From NCBI GenBank assembly GCA_030324005.1, contig JARDVH010000150.1:15144057-15208056 (forward strand): a DNA stretch of 64,000 nt. Direction: 5' to 3'. Every line of letters starts with the position of its first letter. Position 1 is the first letter of the stretch. Positions 14,291 to 24,665 of this stretch are shown piece after piece. The position numbers were made by a program, and so were the translations under genes. The notes below the pieces were generated by a model. The model ran no database searches. It worked only from the letters and a program-made list of their open reading frames with translations, and was not told where the DNA came from. Origin of the DNA: Negaprion brevirostris (taxonomy: Eukaryota).

Positions 14291-14415
14291 ATGAGAGTCA
14301 GTGTCCTAGAAGAGAGTTTGTGCAGATCCAGTAGACTCTGGTTCACATTCTTCTTTATTTGCAGAGCTCTCTACATTGCCTCCAGCCCATTGCTCCACTC
14401 ATCCTGCTCTGGCTT
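14291..14415 (-). pseudogene. FTH1: Ferritin exon 3 (stop plus frameshift)
   Basis: [35 protein letters not shown]...; 125 nt instead of 126. Confidence 0.9.
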
Positions 14416-14614
14416 CTGAAAGAGGGGAAGAAGCTTCATTATTCAATGTGGGGGGAAGGCGATAATTTAGTAGCAATTAGTCCATGGGGCAGCATGCTTA
14501 GCATTAGAGTCACTGGGATAACATTGGAGACCATTAGTGGAGAAAGATCAGTTTGTTAACTCTGCTATCTAGTTAATGCAAGTCCATTCCCAAAATTCCT
14601 CATTTTTAAAAAAT

Positions 14615-14882
14615 CTTTGTGTCACAAGTAGGCTTACATTAACACTGCAGTGAAGTTACTGTAAAAAATCCCTTAGTTACCACACTTCAGCGCCTGTTTA
14701 GGTACACTGAGGGAAGAATTCAGCCTGGCCAATGCACCCAACCATCATGCCTTTTGGACGGTGGAAGGAAACCCATGCAGACATGAGGAGAATGTGCAAA
14801 CTCCACAGTCAGTGGCCCAAGCCAAGAATCAAACCCAGGTCCCTGGTGCTGTGAGGCAATAGAACTAACCACTGTGCCACCC
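14615..14882 (-). mobile_element. tRNA-derived SINE in ferritin intron 2
   Basis: Family head GGCACAGTGGTTAG plus body. Confidence 0.75.
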
Positions 14883-15135
14883 TGATGTTTATAGCTTTGC
14901 CCCTGCGCAAGTACCAGAGTCTGAGTTAATAGTTCAGTTCTTCCCAAATTTCTTGGTTCCGCATTTCTTGATCCTCTAGCCATTAGAGAAGTGATTTAAA
15001 GATCCACATCACACCAACATTAGCAACTTCAATCAACCTCAATGTGAGAAATCGAGGATGCGATGACAAGATATTAAACATTTGAAATGAGAGATCTAAA
15101 CTGTATGGCAGACCCCTCCCAAGGGAAAATCCAAC

Positions 15136-15283
15136 CTTAATATCCTCTAGGATGAATCTGCCTCCACACTTATTCTGGAATTCCACCACCTTCTCAGCAT
15201 GTTCCCATTCCTCATGTGACTGCTCCTTGAAGAACTCAGCAAAGTGACTCAGGGCAACATCATCCTGGTCCAAAGTAAGCATA
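15136..15283 (-). pseudogene. FTH1: Ferritin exon 2 (frameshifted)
   Basis: YAYF[+G][45 protein letters not shown]; 148 nt instead of 147. Confidence 0.9.
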
Positions 15284-15462
15284 CTGCAGGGAGAGACACA
15301 AAACGAAGTGTCAGGTTTGATCCAAGAAAAAACAGCAGCGTCACAAATAGATAACATCTTTTGATGTCATTGGTTGGCCTTTAATTAGGGACTCGAGTAT
15401 TTCCTGGGAAGTATGTTGATAGTCCATCCCTAGAAAACCCAAGAGCAGTAATGCTTTTTGGC

Positions 15463-16335
15463 CTCTTAAGGTCAAACCAAATAAACAATCTCAAGTTAAA
15501 TCAGGACAATGTTAGAGGGGAAGCTCCCCAAAAGGAGAAGGAACAGCCTGAACAAAATCAAAGTACAAAGGAAATTTGAAAACAAATTATAATGTGATCG
15601 TTAGAGTCAATAATGCGCCCCAGCCCCTGTGGGTGCAGAAGGCATCAATTGTGCCCGTGGACACTGCATGCTCCCTCTACAGGTACATGTGGCCACAAAC
15701 ATAGCCATAGTAAGAGGGCAGACAGTCGGGATGGATGGCCCCCTCAATCGCCCACTGCCTGGGCCTGTAAATGGCATGTTTCGTTAGATGCAGGTTCGCG
15801 AGGAGGTCGCCATCCCAACCTGCCCCTCTGTGCACCAGCTGTCCGTAGATCAGGAGCATGGGACTGAAGTGCAAAACAAAACTTTAATAAAAAGGTTCAG
15901 GACAAAAAAGGGAGGGCAACCTAAAACACGAAACATAGACATGGTCCACGGACTCCACAAGGCCACAGAAGGGGCAAGCTTCAGAGCTCGTGAACCAGTG
16001 AATCCTACAGTTGTACGGAACTGCCGCATGCATCACCCTCCACCCCAAGTCCCTGATGTAATTGGGGGAGATCCCCCTGTAGAGGGACCTCCACTGCTCA
16101 ACAGCAACAAGGCCCGCCAAAGTGTACCCGGGCGAGAGGCAAGGATGTGGTAGTGGAAAGTGTGCAGCAGCAGCTCGTACAGGAAACACCTCCGCGGGGT
16201 GGAAAAAGGCATGGACGACATTTCCACAAGACAGCTCATGCTGTGGGGCATCTGACTCGAGGAGGGGGGAGCTGAGACTGTGGGCCAATGTGGAATTCCG
16301 TCTGAGCAGGAGAACGCTTTGGTAGGATCTCACCA
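15463..16335 (-). mobile_element. Tx1-clade non-LTR retrotransposon 3' fragment
   Basis: C-terminal zinc-binding motif CPFCGLVESVDHVYVSC and DLGWRVMHAAV; 3' UTR shared with 17731-17890. Confidence 0.8.
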
Positions 16336-16384
16336 CAAGCTTTTTGGTTGATAGCTAAATTTCAACATGGGAAAATTTGAGGGA

Positions 16385-16765
16385 GTACATCAAAGGCTTA
16401 CCAGCTTGATTCCCGGGATGGCATATCTGTCATGATGATACCAAGTCAGTTAGGATTAGAATCAGAGTTATGAGAGGGATCTTATAGAAAGAAAATTCTA
16501 ACAGGGTAGATTCAGAAAGAATGTGCCTAATGGTGCAAGAATCCAGAACTAGGGGGCCATAGTTCGAGGACAAGGGGCAAACCTTTTAGGACAGTGGTGA
16601 GGAAAAATTTCTTCACCCAGAGAATAGTGAGTGTGTGGAATTTACTCCTACAGAAAGTAGACGAGGCCAAAATGTTGTGAATACTTGGGGTGAAAGGAAT
16701 CAAGGGATATGGGATAGGGCAAGATCAGGATATCAAGTTTGATGTTCAACCAGGATCAAATGGCT
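16385..16765 (+). mobile_element. CR1 3' fragment
   Basis: TTCTTCACCCAGAGAATAGTG (FFTQRIV) and CR1-type tail. Confidence 0.65.
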
Positions 16766-17027
16766 GTACTTTTATTTGACCTTTCTCTCCCATGCCAAAG
16801 GTCAGATGTCAAAGAAAAAGATGCTTCAAATCAGTAACTTAAACATTTTAGATAGGGACAGGTTCAACACATCAGGATTTACTCATTTAAAGAGAAGGTA
16901 AACTGACCATAGCTAATGTTTCACTAACCAGTCACCCAATTACATTTAATTGCTCCTCTGGTTGGAGAAGGTTGCATGGGTCTATGCAACACCAATACAA
17001 TCCTACTGGAAACCTCATGGAACCACT

Positions 17028-17312
17028 GAATCCCTACAATGCAGAGGGAAACCATTCAGCCCATCAAGTCTACACCAACTACAATCCCAGCCAGGCCTTA
17101 TTCCCACAACCCCATGCATTTAACCTAGCTAGTACCACTGAATTGAAGGGGCAATTTAGCATGACCAATCTCCTAACCCACACATCTCTGAACTGCGAAA
17201 GGAAACTCCACACAGACAGTGACCCAAGCCAGGAAGTGAACACAGGTCCCTGGCACTGTGAGGCAGCAGTGCTAACCACTGTGCGGCAGCAGTGCTAACC
17301 ACTGTGCCATCA
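17028..17312 (-). mobile_element. tRNA-derived SINE
   Basis: Family motifs; short internal duplication GGCAGCAGTGCTAACCACTGTG x2. Confidence 0.8.
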
Positions 17313-17552
17313 TGTCACCCAGTTTGCAATGACTGGTCTTATAACTCAGAGTTAGTTTTAGATCTTAAAAAAACTCCAGACTGGACACAGCAATTCTAAA
17401 ACAGGAACAAGCTCCTGTTGGAGTGCTGAGTCTATTCAGTCTGGGGGAGGGAGATATCTAAAACCAGCTCTTCAACCTAGAGAAATTGCTCAGAATGCAA
17501 CTCAGTCACCTTATTAAACTGAAACTAGGATTCCCAGAAACGTGTAGCTCAC

Positions 17553-17654
17553 CATGGAGAGGTAAACATAAGGGGAATAGAGCTCCAGGTTGATCTGCTT
17601 GTTAACAGCATTCTCACAATCCTTATGGTAATTCTGACACACTTGAGAAGCCAT
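17553..17654 (-). pseudogene. FTH1: Ferritin exon 1
   Basis: [34 protein letters not shown] followed by GTGAG donor. Confidence 0.9.
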
Positions 17655-17730
17655 CTCACTGAGGATAAAAGTCACACAACAACAAGCTAACCTCAGCACT
17701 CTCATACTCTTGTATTTACACCACTGGGAG

Positions 17731-18323
17731 CTCTTTTAAGGCACCAAACAAGTGAACAAACTCAAATTAACTTAGCGACAAATTAAAAGGGGCAGCCCCC
17801 CAAAAAGGAAGGGGGGAACAGCCCGAACAAAACCAAAGTGTAAAGGAAACTTAAAACATTAAATCAAAATGTGTTTGTCAGGGTCTATAATGACCCCAGC
17901 CCCTGTGGTGCCCAGCAGGCGCGGAAGGCATCAACTGCGCCCGTGGACACCGCATGCTCCCTCTCCAGGGACACCTGGCCACGAACGTAGCTGCGGTAGA
18001 GGGGCAGACAGTCAGGATGGACAACCCCGTTGATTGCCCGGGGGAGGAGGAGCTCTACGGGTAAGAAGGATGGGACTTTTGAGATGACGAGCTTGTGGGC
18101 GGTGGCCTTGAGCGGATCCACCGCCAGGAATGTCCCGCCCACCGTGAGCCCCTTTTCCAGGGCGAGATGGACCGCCCGCTCGGCCTTCAGAAAGAACACG
18201 GCCCGGCCATACACCTTAGAGAGAATGGTTGAGAGGCCAACAACCCCAGCCACTGCCCTCACACGGGCCTTGATGGTCATGTCGGGGTGGGCGTAGCACT
18301 TGACCCCGAGCTGTTTTGTGATT
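17731..18323 (-). mobile_element. Internally deleted Tx1-clade element (ORF1 fused to the ORF2 tail)
   Basis: ORF1-like YGRAVFFLKAERAVHLALEKGLTVGGTFLAVDPL joined to ORF2-end HPDCLPLYRSYVRGQVSLEREHAVSTG. Confidence 0.75.
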
Positions 18324-19834
18324 NNNNNNNNNNNNNNNNNNNNNNNNNNNNNNNNNNNNNNNNNNNNNNNNNNNNNNNNNNNNNNNNNNNNNNNNNNNNN
18401 NNNNNNNNNNNNNNNNNNNNNNNNNNNNNNNNNNNNNNNNNNNNNNNNNNNNNNNNNNNNNNNNNNNNNNNNNNNNNNNNNNNNNNNNNNNNNNNNNNNN
18501 NNNNNNNNNNNNNNNNNNNNNNNNNNNNNNNNNNNNNNNNNNNNNNNNNNNNNNNNNNNNNNNNNNNNNNNNNNNNNNNNNNNNNNNNNNNNNNNNNNNN
18601 NNNNNNNNNNNNNNNNNNNNNNNNNNNNNNNNNNNNNNNNNNNNNNNNNNNNNNNNNNNNNNNNNNNNNNNNNNNNNNNNNNNNNNNNNNNNNNNNNNNN
18701 NNNNNNNNNNNNNNNNNNNNNNNNNNNNNNNNNNNNNNNNNNNNNNNNNNNNNNNNNNNNNNNNNNNNNNNNNNNNNNNNNNNNNNNNNNNNNNNNNNNN
18801 NNNNNNNNNNNNNNNNNNNNNNNNNNNNNNNNNNNNNNNNNNNNNNNNNNNNNNNNNNNNNNNNNNNNNNNNNNNNNNNNNNNNNNNNNNNNNNNNNNNN
18901 NNNNNNNNNNNNNNNNNNNNNNNNNNNNNNNNNNNNNNNNNNNNNNNNNNNNNNNNNNNNNNNNNNNNNNNNNNNNNNNNNNNNNNNNNNNNNNNNNNNN
19001 NNNNNNNNNNNNNNNNNNNNNNNNNNNNNNNNNNNNNNNNNNNNNNCACCCCCACCCCCTGGAGATGGAAATCAGTCTTAATATTCACCCCACCCCACCC
19101 CACCTTTCCAAACACCAACTTTTGAAGATAAGGGCATCAGCCCAACCACTCAGCCCTTTGATGCTGCTGTTTCAGAGTTGTGCGGTCCTCCCCCCTGTGG
19201 ATGGGAAAAGAAAGAACCTCTCACCCTCTGTGTCTTCACTCCCTCTCTCCTCAGGGAGAGAGCACCCTCCAGTGGCCGGATGGTAGCTCCTCTGTCCCTC
19301 CTTCCCTCCATCCTTCAGGTTTGGAATCTCGACCAGTCTTACAGAAGGAAATCCTTGACACAACCTGCTTCTCGAGTAGCAGCAGCTGCAGCAATGGCTC
19401 TCCCTCAGCAAGCAGGTGCTTCCAGTCGATGTCCAAAGGGTCTTCCCCAGGAAACACTCTCTCAATGTGTGCTGGAGAATGGAGTTTCTGGTTTTGAGCT
19501 GTCGTTTGAACAAGGAGCAGGGATAGGCCAATCAGTCTCTCGAGCCTGCCCCACCGTCTGCTGTGGCGGGATTCAAACCTGGGACCCCAGAACATTAGCT
19601 AAGTTTCTGGATTAATAGCCTAGCGATAATACCACTAGGCCATCGCCTCCACTTGGAGGTAGACTGGAAGAGGGCTGATTATCACCAGGCAAAGACACAG
19701 GGAATCTAGTTTGCAAACATGATCTTTTTGGGATGAAAGTGGGTGATCTCACACTGAATTCTAACGGTATTATTTGCAATCACTTTAACGATGTCCCCTA
19801 CACCTCCTTCTCTCAGCTATGTTATTTAGTGATT

Positions 19835-20670
19835 TGATTTGATTTATTATTGTCACATGTATGAGTATAGAGTGAAAAGTATTATTTCTTGCGCGCTATA
19901 CAGACAAAGCATAATGCTCATAGCGAAGGAAAGGAGAGGGTGCAGAATGTAGTGTTACAGTGATAGCTAGGGTGTAGAGAATGATCAAGTTAATGTGAGG
20001 TAGGTCCATCCAAAAGTCTGATGGCTGCAGGGAAGAAGCTGTTCTCGAGTGGGTTGGTACGTGAGGTCAGACTTTTGTATCTCTTTGCTGATGGAAAAAG
20101 GTGGGAGAGAGGATGTGTGGGGTGTGTGGGGTCCTTAATTATGCTGACTGCTTTGCCGAGGCAGTGGGAAGTGTAGACAGAGTCAATGGATGGGAGACTG
20201 GTTTGCGTGATGGGCTGGGGTACATTCACAACCTTTTGTAGTTTCTTGCGGCCTTGGGCAGAGCAGGAGCCATAGCAAGCTGTGATACAAGCAGAAAGAA
20301 TGTTTTGTGTGATGCATCTGTAGAATGGGTGAGAGTTGTAGCTGACATGGCAAATTTCCTTAGTCTTCTGAGAAAGTAGAGGCATTGGTAGGCTTTCTTA
20401 ACTATAGCGTAGGCACTGGGGGAACCAGGACAGGTTGTTGGTAACGTGGAAAACTAGAAACTTGAAGCTCTCAACCATTTCTACTTCATCCCATTGATGT
20501 AGGCAGGGGCACTAGTGATTGTCCACTGCACTTCCTGAAGTCAATGGCAATGAGGGAGATATTATTGTCGTCACACCAGTTGACTAGATTGTCCAACTCG
20601 TTCCTGTACTGTGTCTCAGCATTGTTTGAGATGCGAGCCACTAGAGTAGTGTGGTGAGAAACTTGAAAAT
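19835..20670 (-). mobile_element. Rex1/Babar-type LINE 3' fragment
   Basis: YRCITQNILSACITACYG...IIKDPTHP...NSFFPAAIRLL; short ATTTG repeat tail. Confidence 0.8.
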
Positions 20671-20963
20671 CTAGTCTTGGTGAAAGGTAAAATGGATTTG
20701 TGATGAGCATCAGACAGAAGGCTATTGCTCAGTCAGAGCGAAGTGTGATGTGGAGTTTTATGGCCAAGTTTCAGAGCTGGAAACAACAGTGTTTTTTCCC
20801 CTTTATCTGAAAAATTTGAATCCACTCTTACTAAAAGCTTATTCTTGGGTGGGATGTGCGTGTTGCTCACAAGTTCAGTATTTGTTAGCCATGGCTCACT
20901 AGGCCATTTCAGAGGATGGTTAAAAGTCAGCCACACTGCTGTGGGTGTGGAGTCACATTTTGG

Positions 20964-21184
20964 CTATATATAGATATATAGAGCCAGATTCAGGACTGAG
21001 AGATATACATAGAGAAAGAGATAGAGAGAGAGAGAAAGATATATATATTTATAGATATATATATATATATAAAAATATAGGTATATACATATAGAGAGAG
21101 AGAGACAGAGAGATCTCTATATCTTTCTTCACTCTCTCTCTATATATGTATATCTTTCTCTCTCTTTCTATCTCTCAATCTCTC
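20964..21184. repeat. Compound (TA)/(GA)/(TC) microsatellite
   Basis: Dinucleotide runs visible directly. Confidence 0.85.
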
Positions 21185-21742
21185 CTCATTTAAGAAATTA
21201 GAAAAAGAGAAAGTGTCCAATTCCTTGGCAGGATTGAACAATTGGATGCAGTTTTATCCAACCTGTCTGTTAAGGTTGCTTATAAGCAATACAGCGAGTT
21301 ATTGAAATTATATGATTAAAGTGATTTTGTGTATACCTGTTTATTGTTATCTTGGCATGTTTCAGTAGACAGACAAATATTTCAGATGATAAACAGATCT
21401 GGCAAATACAGATTGAATGGTTGTCATGTTTAGTGTTGAGGATTATTGGCGAGAACAGGCATGTTTTTAAATACTTTTTGTGAGTTAACAATGTGATCTG
21501 TTGGCGCCAGCTGGTGGAGATGGTAGGCATTGCTCTCTTCACCATAATCCATGTTGATTTTGAAACAACTGCAATGACTCCATGGCAATAAAATGCATTC
21601 CGGTATTGGAATTCTAAATTGATGGCAGCGCAATGGTGTAGTCTCTGCCCCCTATGATCAACCCAGCCCAACTTGTATCTTCTAACAGTTTCAATATCAT
21701 TACTATCTCCTTAAGATTCTGGGTTGGATATTCTACTTTTTA

Positions 21743-22045
21743 CAGAATCACTGCAGTGCAGAAGTACACCATTGAGCCTGCACCGACAATAATCTCACCC
21801 AGGTCCCATCCCCATAACCCCATGTATTAACCCTGCTAATCCCTTTGACACTAAAGGACAATTTAGCGTGGCCAATCAACTTCACCCGTACACCTTTGGA
21901 CTGTGGGAGGAAACTGGAGCATCCGAAGGAAACCTACGCAGACACAGGGAGAACATGCAAACTCCATACAGCCACCCTAGGCTGGAATTGAACCTGGGGT
22001 CCCTGGTACTCTGAGGCAGCAGTACAAACCACCGTGCCACCGTGT
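21743..22045 (-). mobile_element. tRNA-derived SINE
   Basis: Family motifs. Confidence 0.8.
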
Positions 22046-22851
22046 GAATCAAGCCATTTCTCTGTGTTGTCCTCCCAGCTCTGGAGCGATTGTGTCAACT
22101 TACCTTATTTTCACTGTGCAGGGTAAAGGGTGAGCGAGAATCAGAGTTGCAAACGGAGGTGGTTGGATGGATGTGGGGCAGGCAAGTTATAAGACCTGTC
22201 TTTGCTGGGATATCAGTACAGTTCTGTAGAAAAGAGAAGCTGCCTAATCTTTACCCTCACCCATCCCACACCCCAAGGCTCCCATTATGCAGAAGAACCC
22301 CTCCCCTGACCAGTTCCCTATAATTTCCTAATGCCCTTCGATATACCCTCATAATCCCTCACCCACTCCCCACCCTCCATCCCCCCTCAACTCCCATGTC
22401 CCAATATCTTTTCATGCCCCTCCCCCATGTGTCATTCATTCATCCCAGTTTCCCTTCACCCTCCCTAGTTCATTAACCTAGTATCCACCATGTACAGAAA
22501 TCATAACCTCTTTAATATTAGGAGTCTTTGAGATGTTCACAGTACTACCAAGGTAAACTGACGTCATTCAAAAGCCACATGAAAAAACATAATCCTACTC
22601 GGTAGTCAAAAACTGTCCAGCTAAGCGCACTGACAGTCCCTTTAACAGCAGTGTCAACAACTTCTGCTGAGCTAAATCCATTAGTGGGGTTTGGAACTTA
22701 GCCAAACATACATAATGGGATTCAATTGCACAGCTGCATAACCAAAATACATTTTAACTCCTGAACTCATTGGAAGAGCTCAGCCATCTGTTCAAGCTGT
22801 AAAGCAGGGAACAGATGTCTGGGTTGTCAATCAAAGAGTCAACCATCTGAT

Positions 22852-23110
22852 CATAGAATCACTACAGTGCAAAAGGAAGCCATTCGGCTCATCGGTACTG
22901 CAGCAACCACAATCTCAGCCAGGCCCTATTCCCATACTCCCATGCATTTACCCTAGCTAGTTCCCCTGAGACTAAGGGGCAATTTAGCGTGGCCAATCCA
23001 CCTAACCTGCACATCTTTAGACTGTGGGAGGAAGTAGGAGCACCCAGAGAAAACCCATGCAAACAGAGGGAGAATATGCAAACTCCACACAGACAGTGAC
23101 TCAAGCTGTG
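22852..23110 (-). mobile_element. tRNA-derived SINE interrupted by CR1; its head continues at about 23946-23995
   Basis: Family body ends at 23110 and the head resumes after the CR1 tail. Confidence 0.7.
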
Positions 23111-23113
23111 AAT

Positions 23114-23945
23114 CAAGAGGAGGTTTACTAGGCTGATACCGGAGTTGAGGGGGTTGAACTATGACGAGAGGCTGAATAAACTAGGCTTGTACNNNNNNNN
23201 NNNNNNNNNNNNNNNNNNNNNNNNNNNNNNNNNNNNNNNNNNNNNNNNNNNNNNNNNNNNNNNNNNNNNNNNNNNNNNNNNNNNNNNNNNNNNNNNNNNN
23301 NNNNNNNNNNNNNNNNNNNNNNNNNNNNNNNNNNNNNNNNNNNNNNNNNNNNNNNNNNNNNNNNNNNNNNNNNNNNNNNNNNNNNNNNNNNNNNNNNNNN
23401 NNNNNNNNNNNNNNNNNNNNNNNNNNNNNNNNNNNNNNNNNNNNNNNNNNNNNNNNNNNNNNNNNNNNNNNNNNNNNNNNNNNNNNNNNNNNNNNNNNNN
23501 NNNNNNNNNNNNNNNNNNNNNNNNNNNNNNNNNNNNNNNNNNNNNNNNNNNNNNNNNNNNNNNNNNNNNNNNNNNNNNNNNNNNNNNNNNNNNNNNNNNN
23601 NNNNNNNNNNNNNNNNNNNNNNNNNNNNNNNNNNNNNNNNNNNNNNNNNNNNNNNNNNNNNNNNNNNNNNNNNNNNNNNNNNNNNNNNNNNNNNNNNNNN
23701 NNNNNNNNNNNNNNNNNNNNNNNNNNNNNNNNNNNNNNNNNNNNNNNNNNNNNNNNNNNNNNNNNNNNNNNNNNNNNNNNNNNNNNNNNNNNNNNNNNNN
23801 NNNNNNNNNNNNNNNNNNNNNNNNNNNNNNNNNNNNNNNNNNNNNNNNNNNNNNNNNNNNNNNNNNNNNNNTATTGAATGGCGGGGCAGGCTCGAAGGGC
23901 TGGATGGCCTACTCCTGCTCCTATTTCTTATGTTCTTATGTTCTA
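23114..23945 (+). mobile_element. Young 5'-truncated CR1, mostly gap
   Basis: RGLNYDERLNKLGLY before the gap; tail nearly identical to 5-78. Confidence 0.75.
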
Positions 23946-24404
23946 TAAACCTGGGTCCCCGTCTCTGCGAGGCAGCAATGCTAATCACTGTACTGCTGTT
24001 CCGCCAGTGATCAAGCTTTAAATTATAGGAACAGCCGACTGAGCTGTATTTCAATTGAGATATTAAATCAGGGGTCAGTTGAAACCATAAAATCTGAATA
24101 TCACTATTCTTTAATACAGAAGAGCATGTCATCCACAGTGTGCACAATCCAGATGCATCAGAAGACTTTTATACTTTCACAATGCTGGCCAACTTAATGG
24201 TTTTTTTAAGAACCAAGCCTTATCATCAACCAGTACAGCTGTCTGTCAAAAGGTTTCCAACTCCCGACTGGGATTCTCCTATGGGTTCATGCCACCTGTG
24301 AACTGGCATGAATCATCTCACCTTCAGAAACCAGCCTGAAGTAAATCAAAATTGCAGGGGTCTATAATGTCCACTCCTTCTAGATCAGGACCATTGTATA
24401 CAGA

Positions 24405-24665
24405 TTCCCAGCTTGGGTCATTGCCTGTGTGGAGTTTGTACTTTCTCCCCATGTCTGCATGGGTTTCTTCTGGATGCTCCAGTTTCCTCCCACAGTCCAA
24501 AGAAGTGTAGGCTAGGCGGACTTGCTATGCTAAATTGCTCCTTAGTGTCAGAGGAGCTAGCAGGATAAATGCATGAGGTTATGGGGATAGGGCCTGGGTG
24601 GGATTGTGGTCAGTGCAATCTTGATGGGTTGAATGGCCTCCTTATGCACTGTTGTGATTCTATGC
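24405..24665 (+). mobile_element. tRNA-derived SINE
   Basis: Family motifs on the plus strand. Confidence 0.75.

Larger units (their letters stand above)
13868..17654 (-). pseudogene. FTH1: Ferritin heavy/middle subunit-like unprocessed pseudogene (4 exons)
   Basis: Exons 17553-17654, 15136-15283, 14291-14415 and 13868-14014 with GT-AG boundaries at the canonical ferritin intron positions. +1 nt in exon 2; TAG at 14371-14373 and -1 nt in exon 3. Confidence 0.9.

Noticed and set aside
17715-17730. CAGTG upstream of the ferritin ATG as a possible IRE loop
   Set aside because: No 5-bp upper stem or C bulge around it
18216-19286. Long ORFs spanning N runs (also 1772-2597, 23128-24147, 45335-46257)
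   Set aside because: Artefacts of translating assembly gaps
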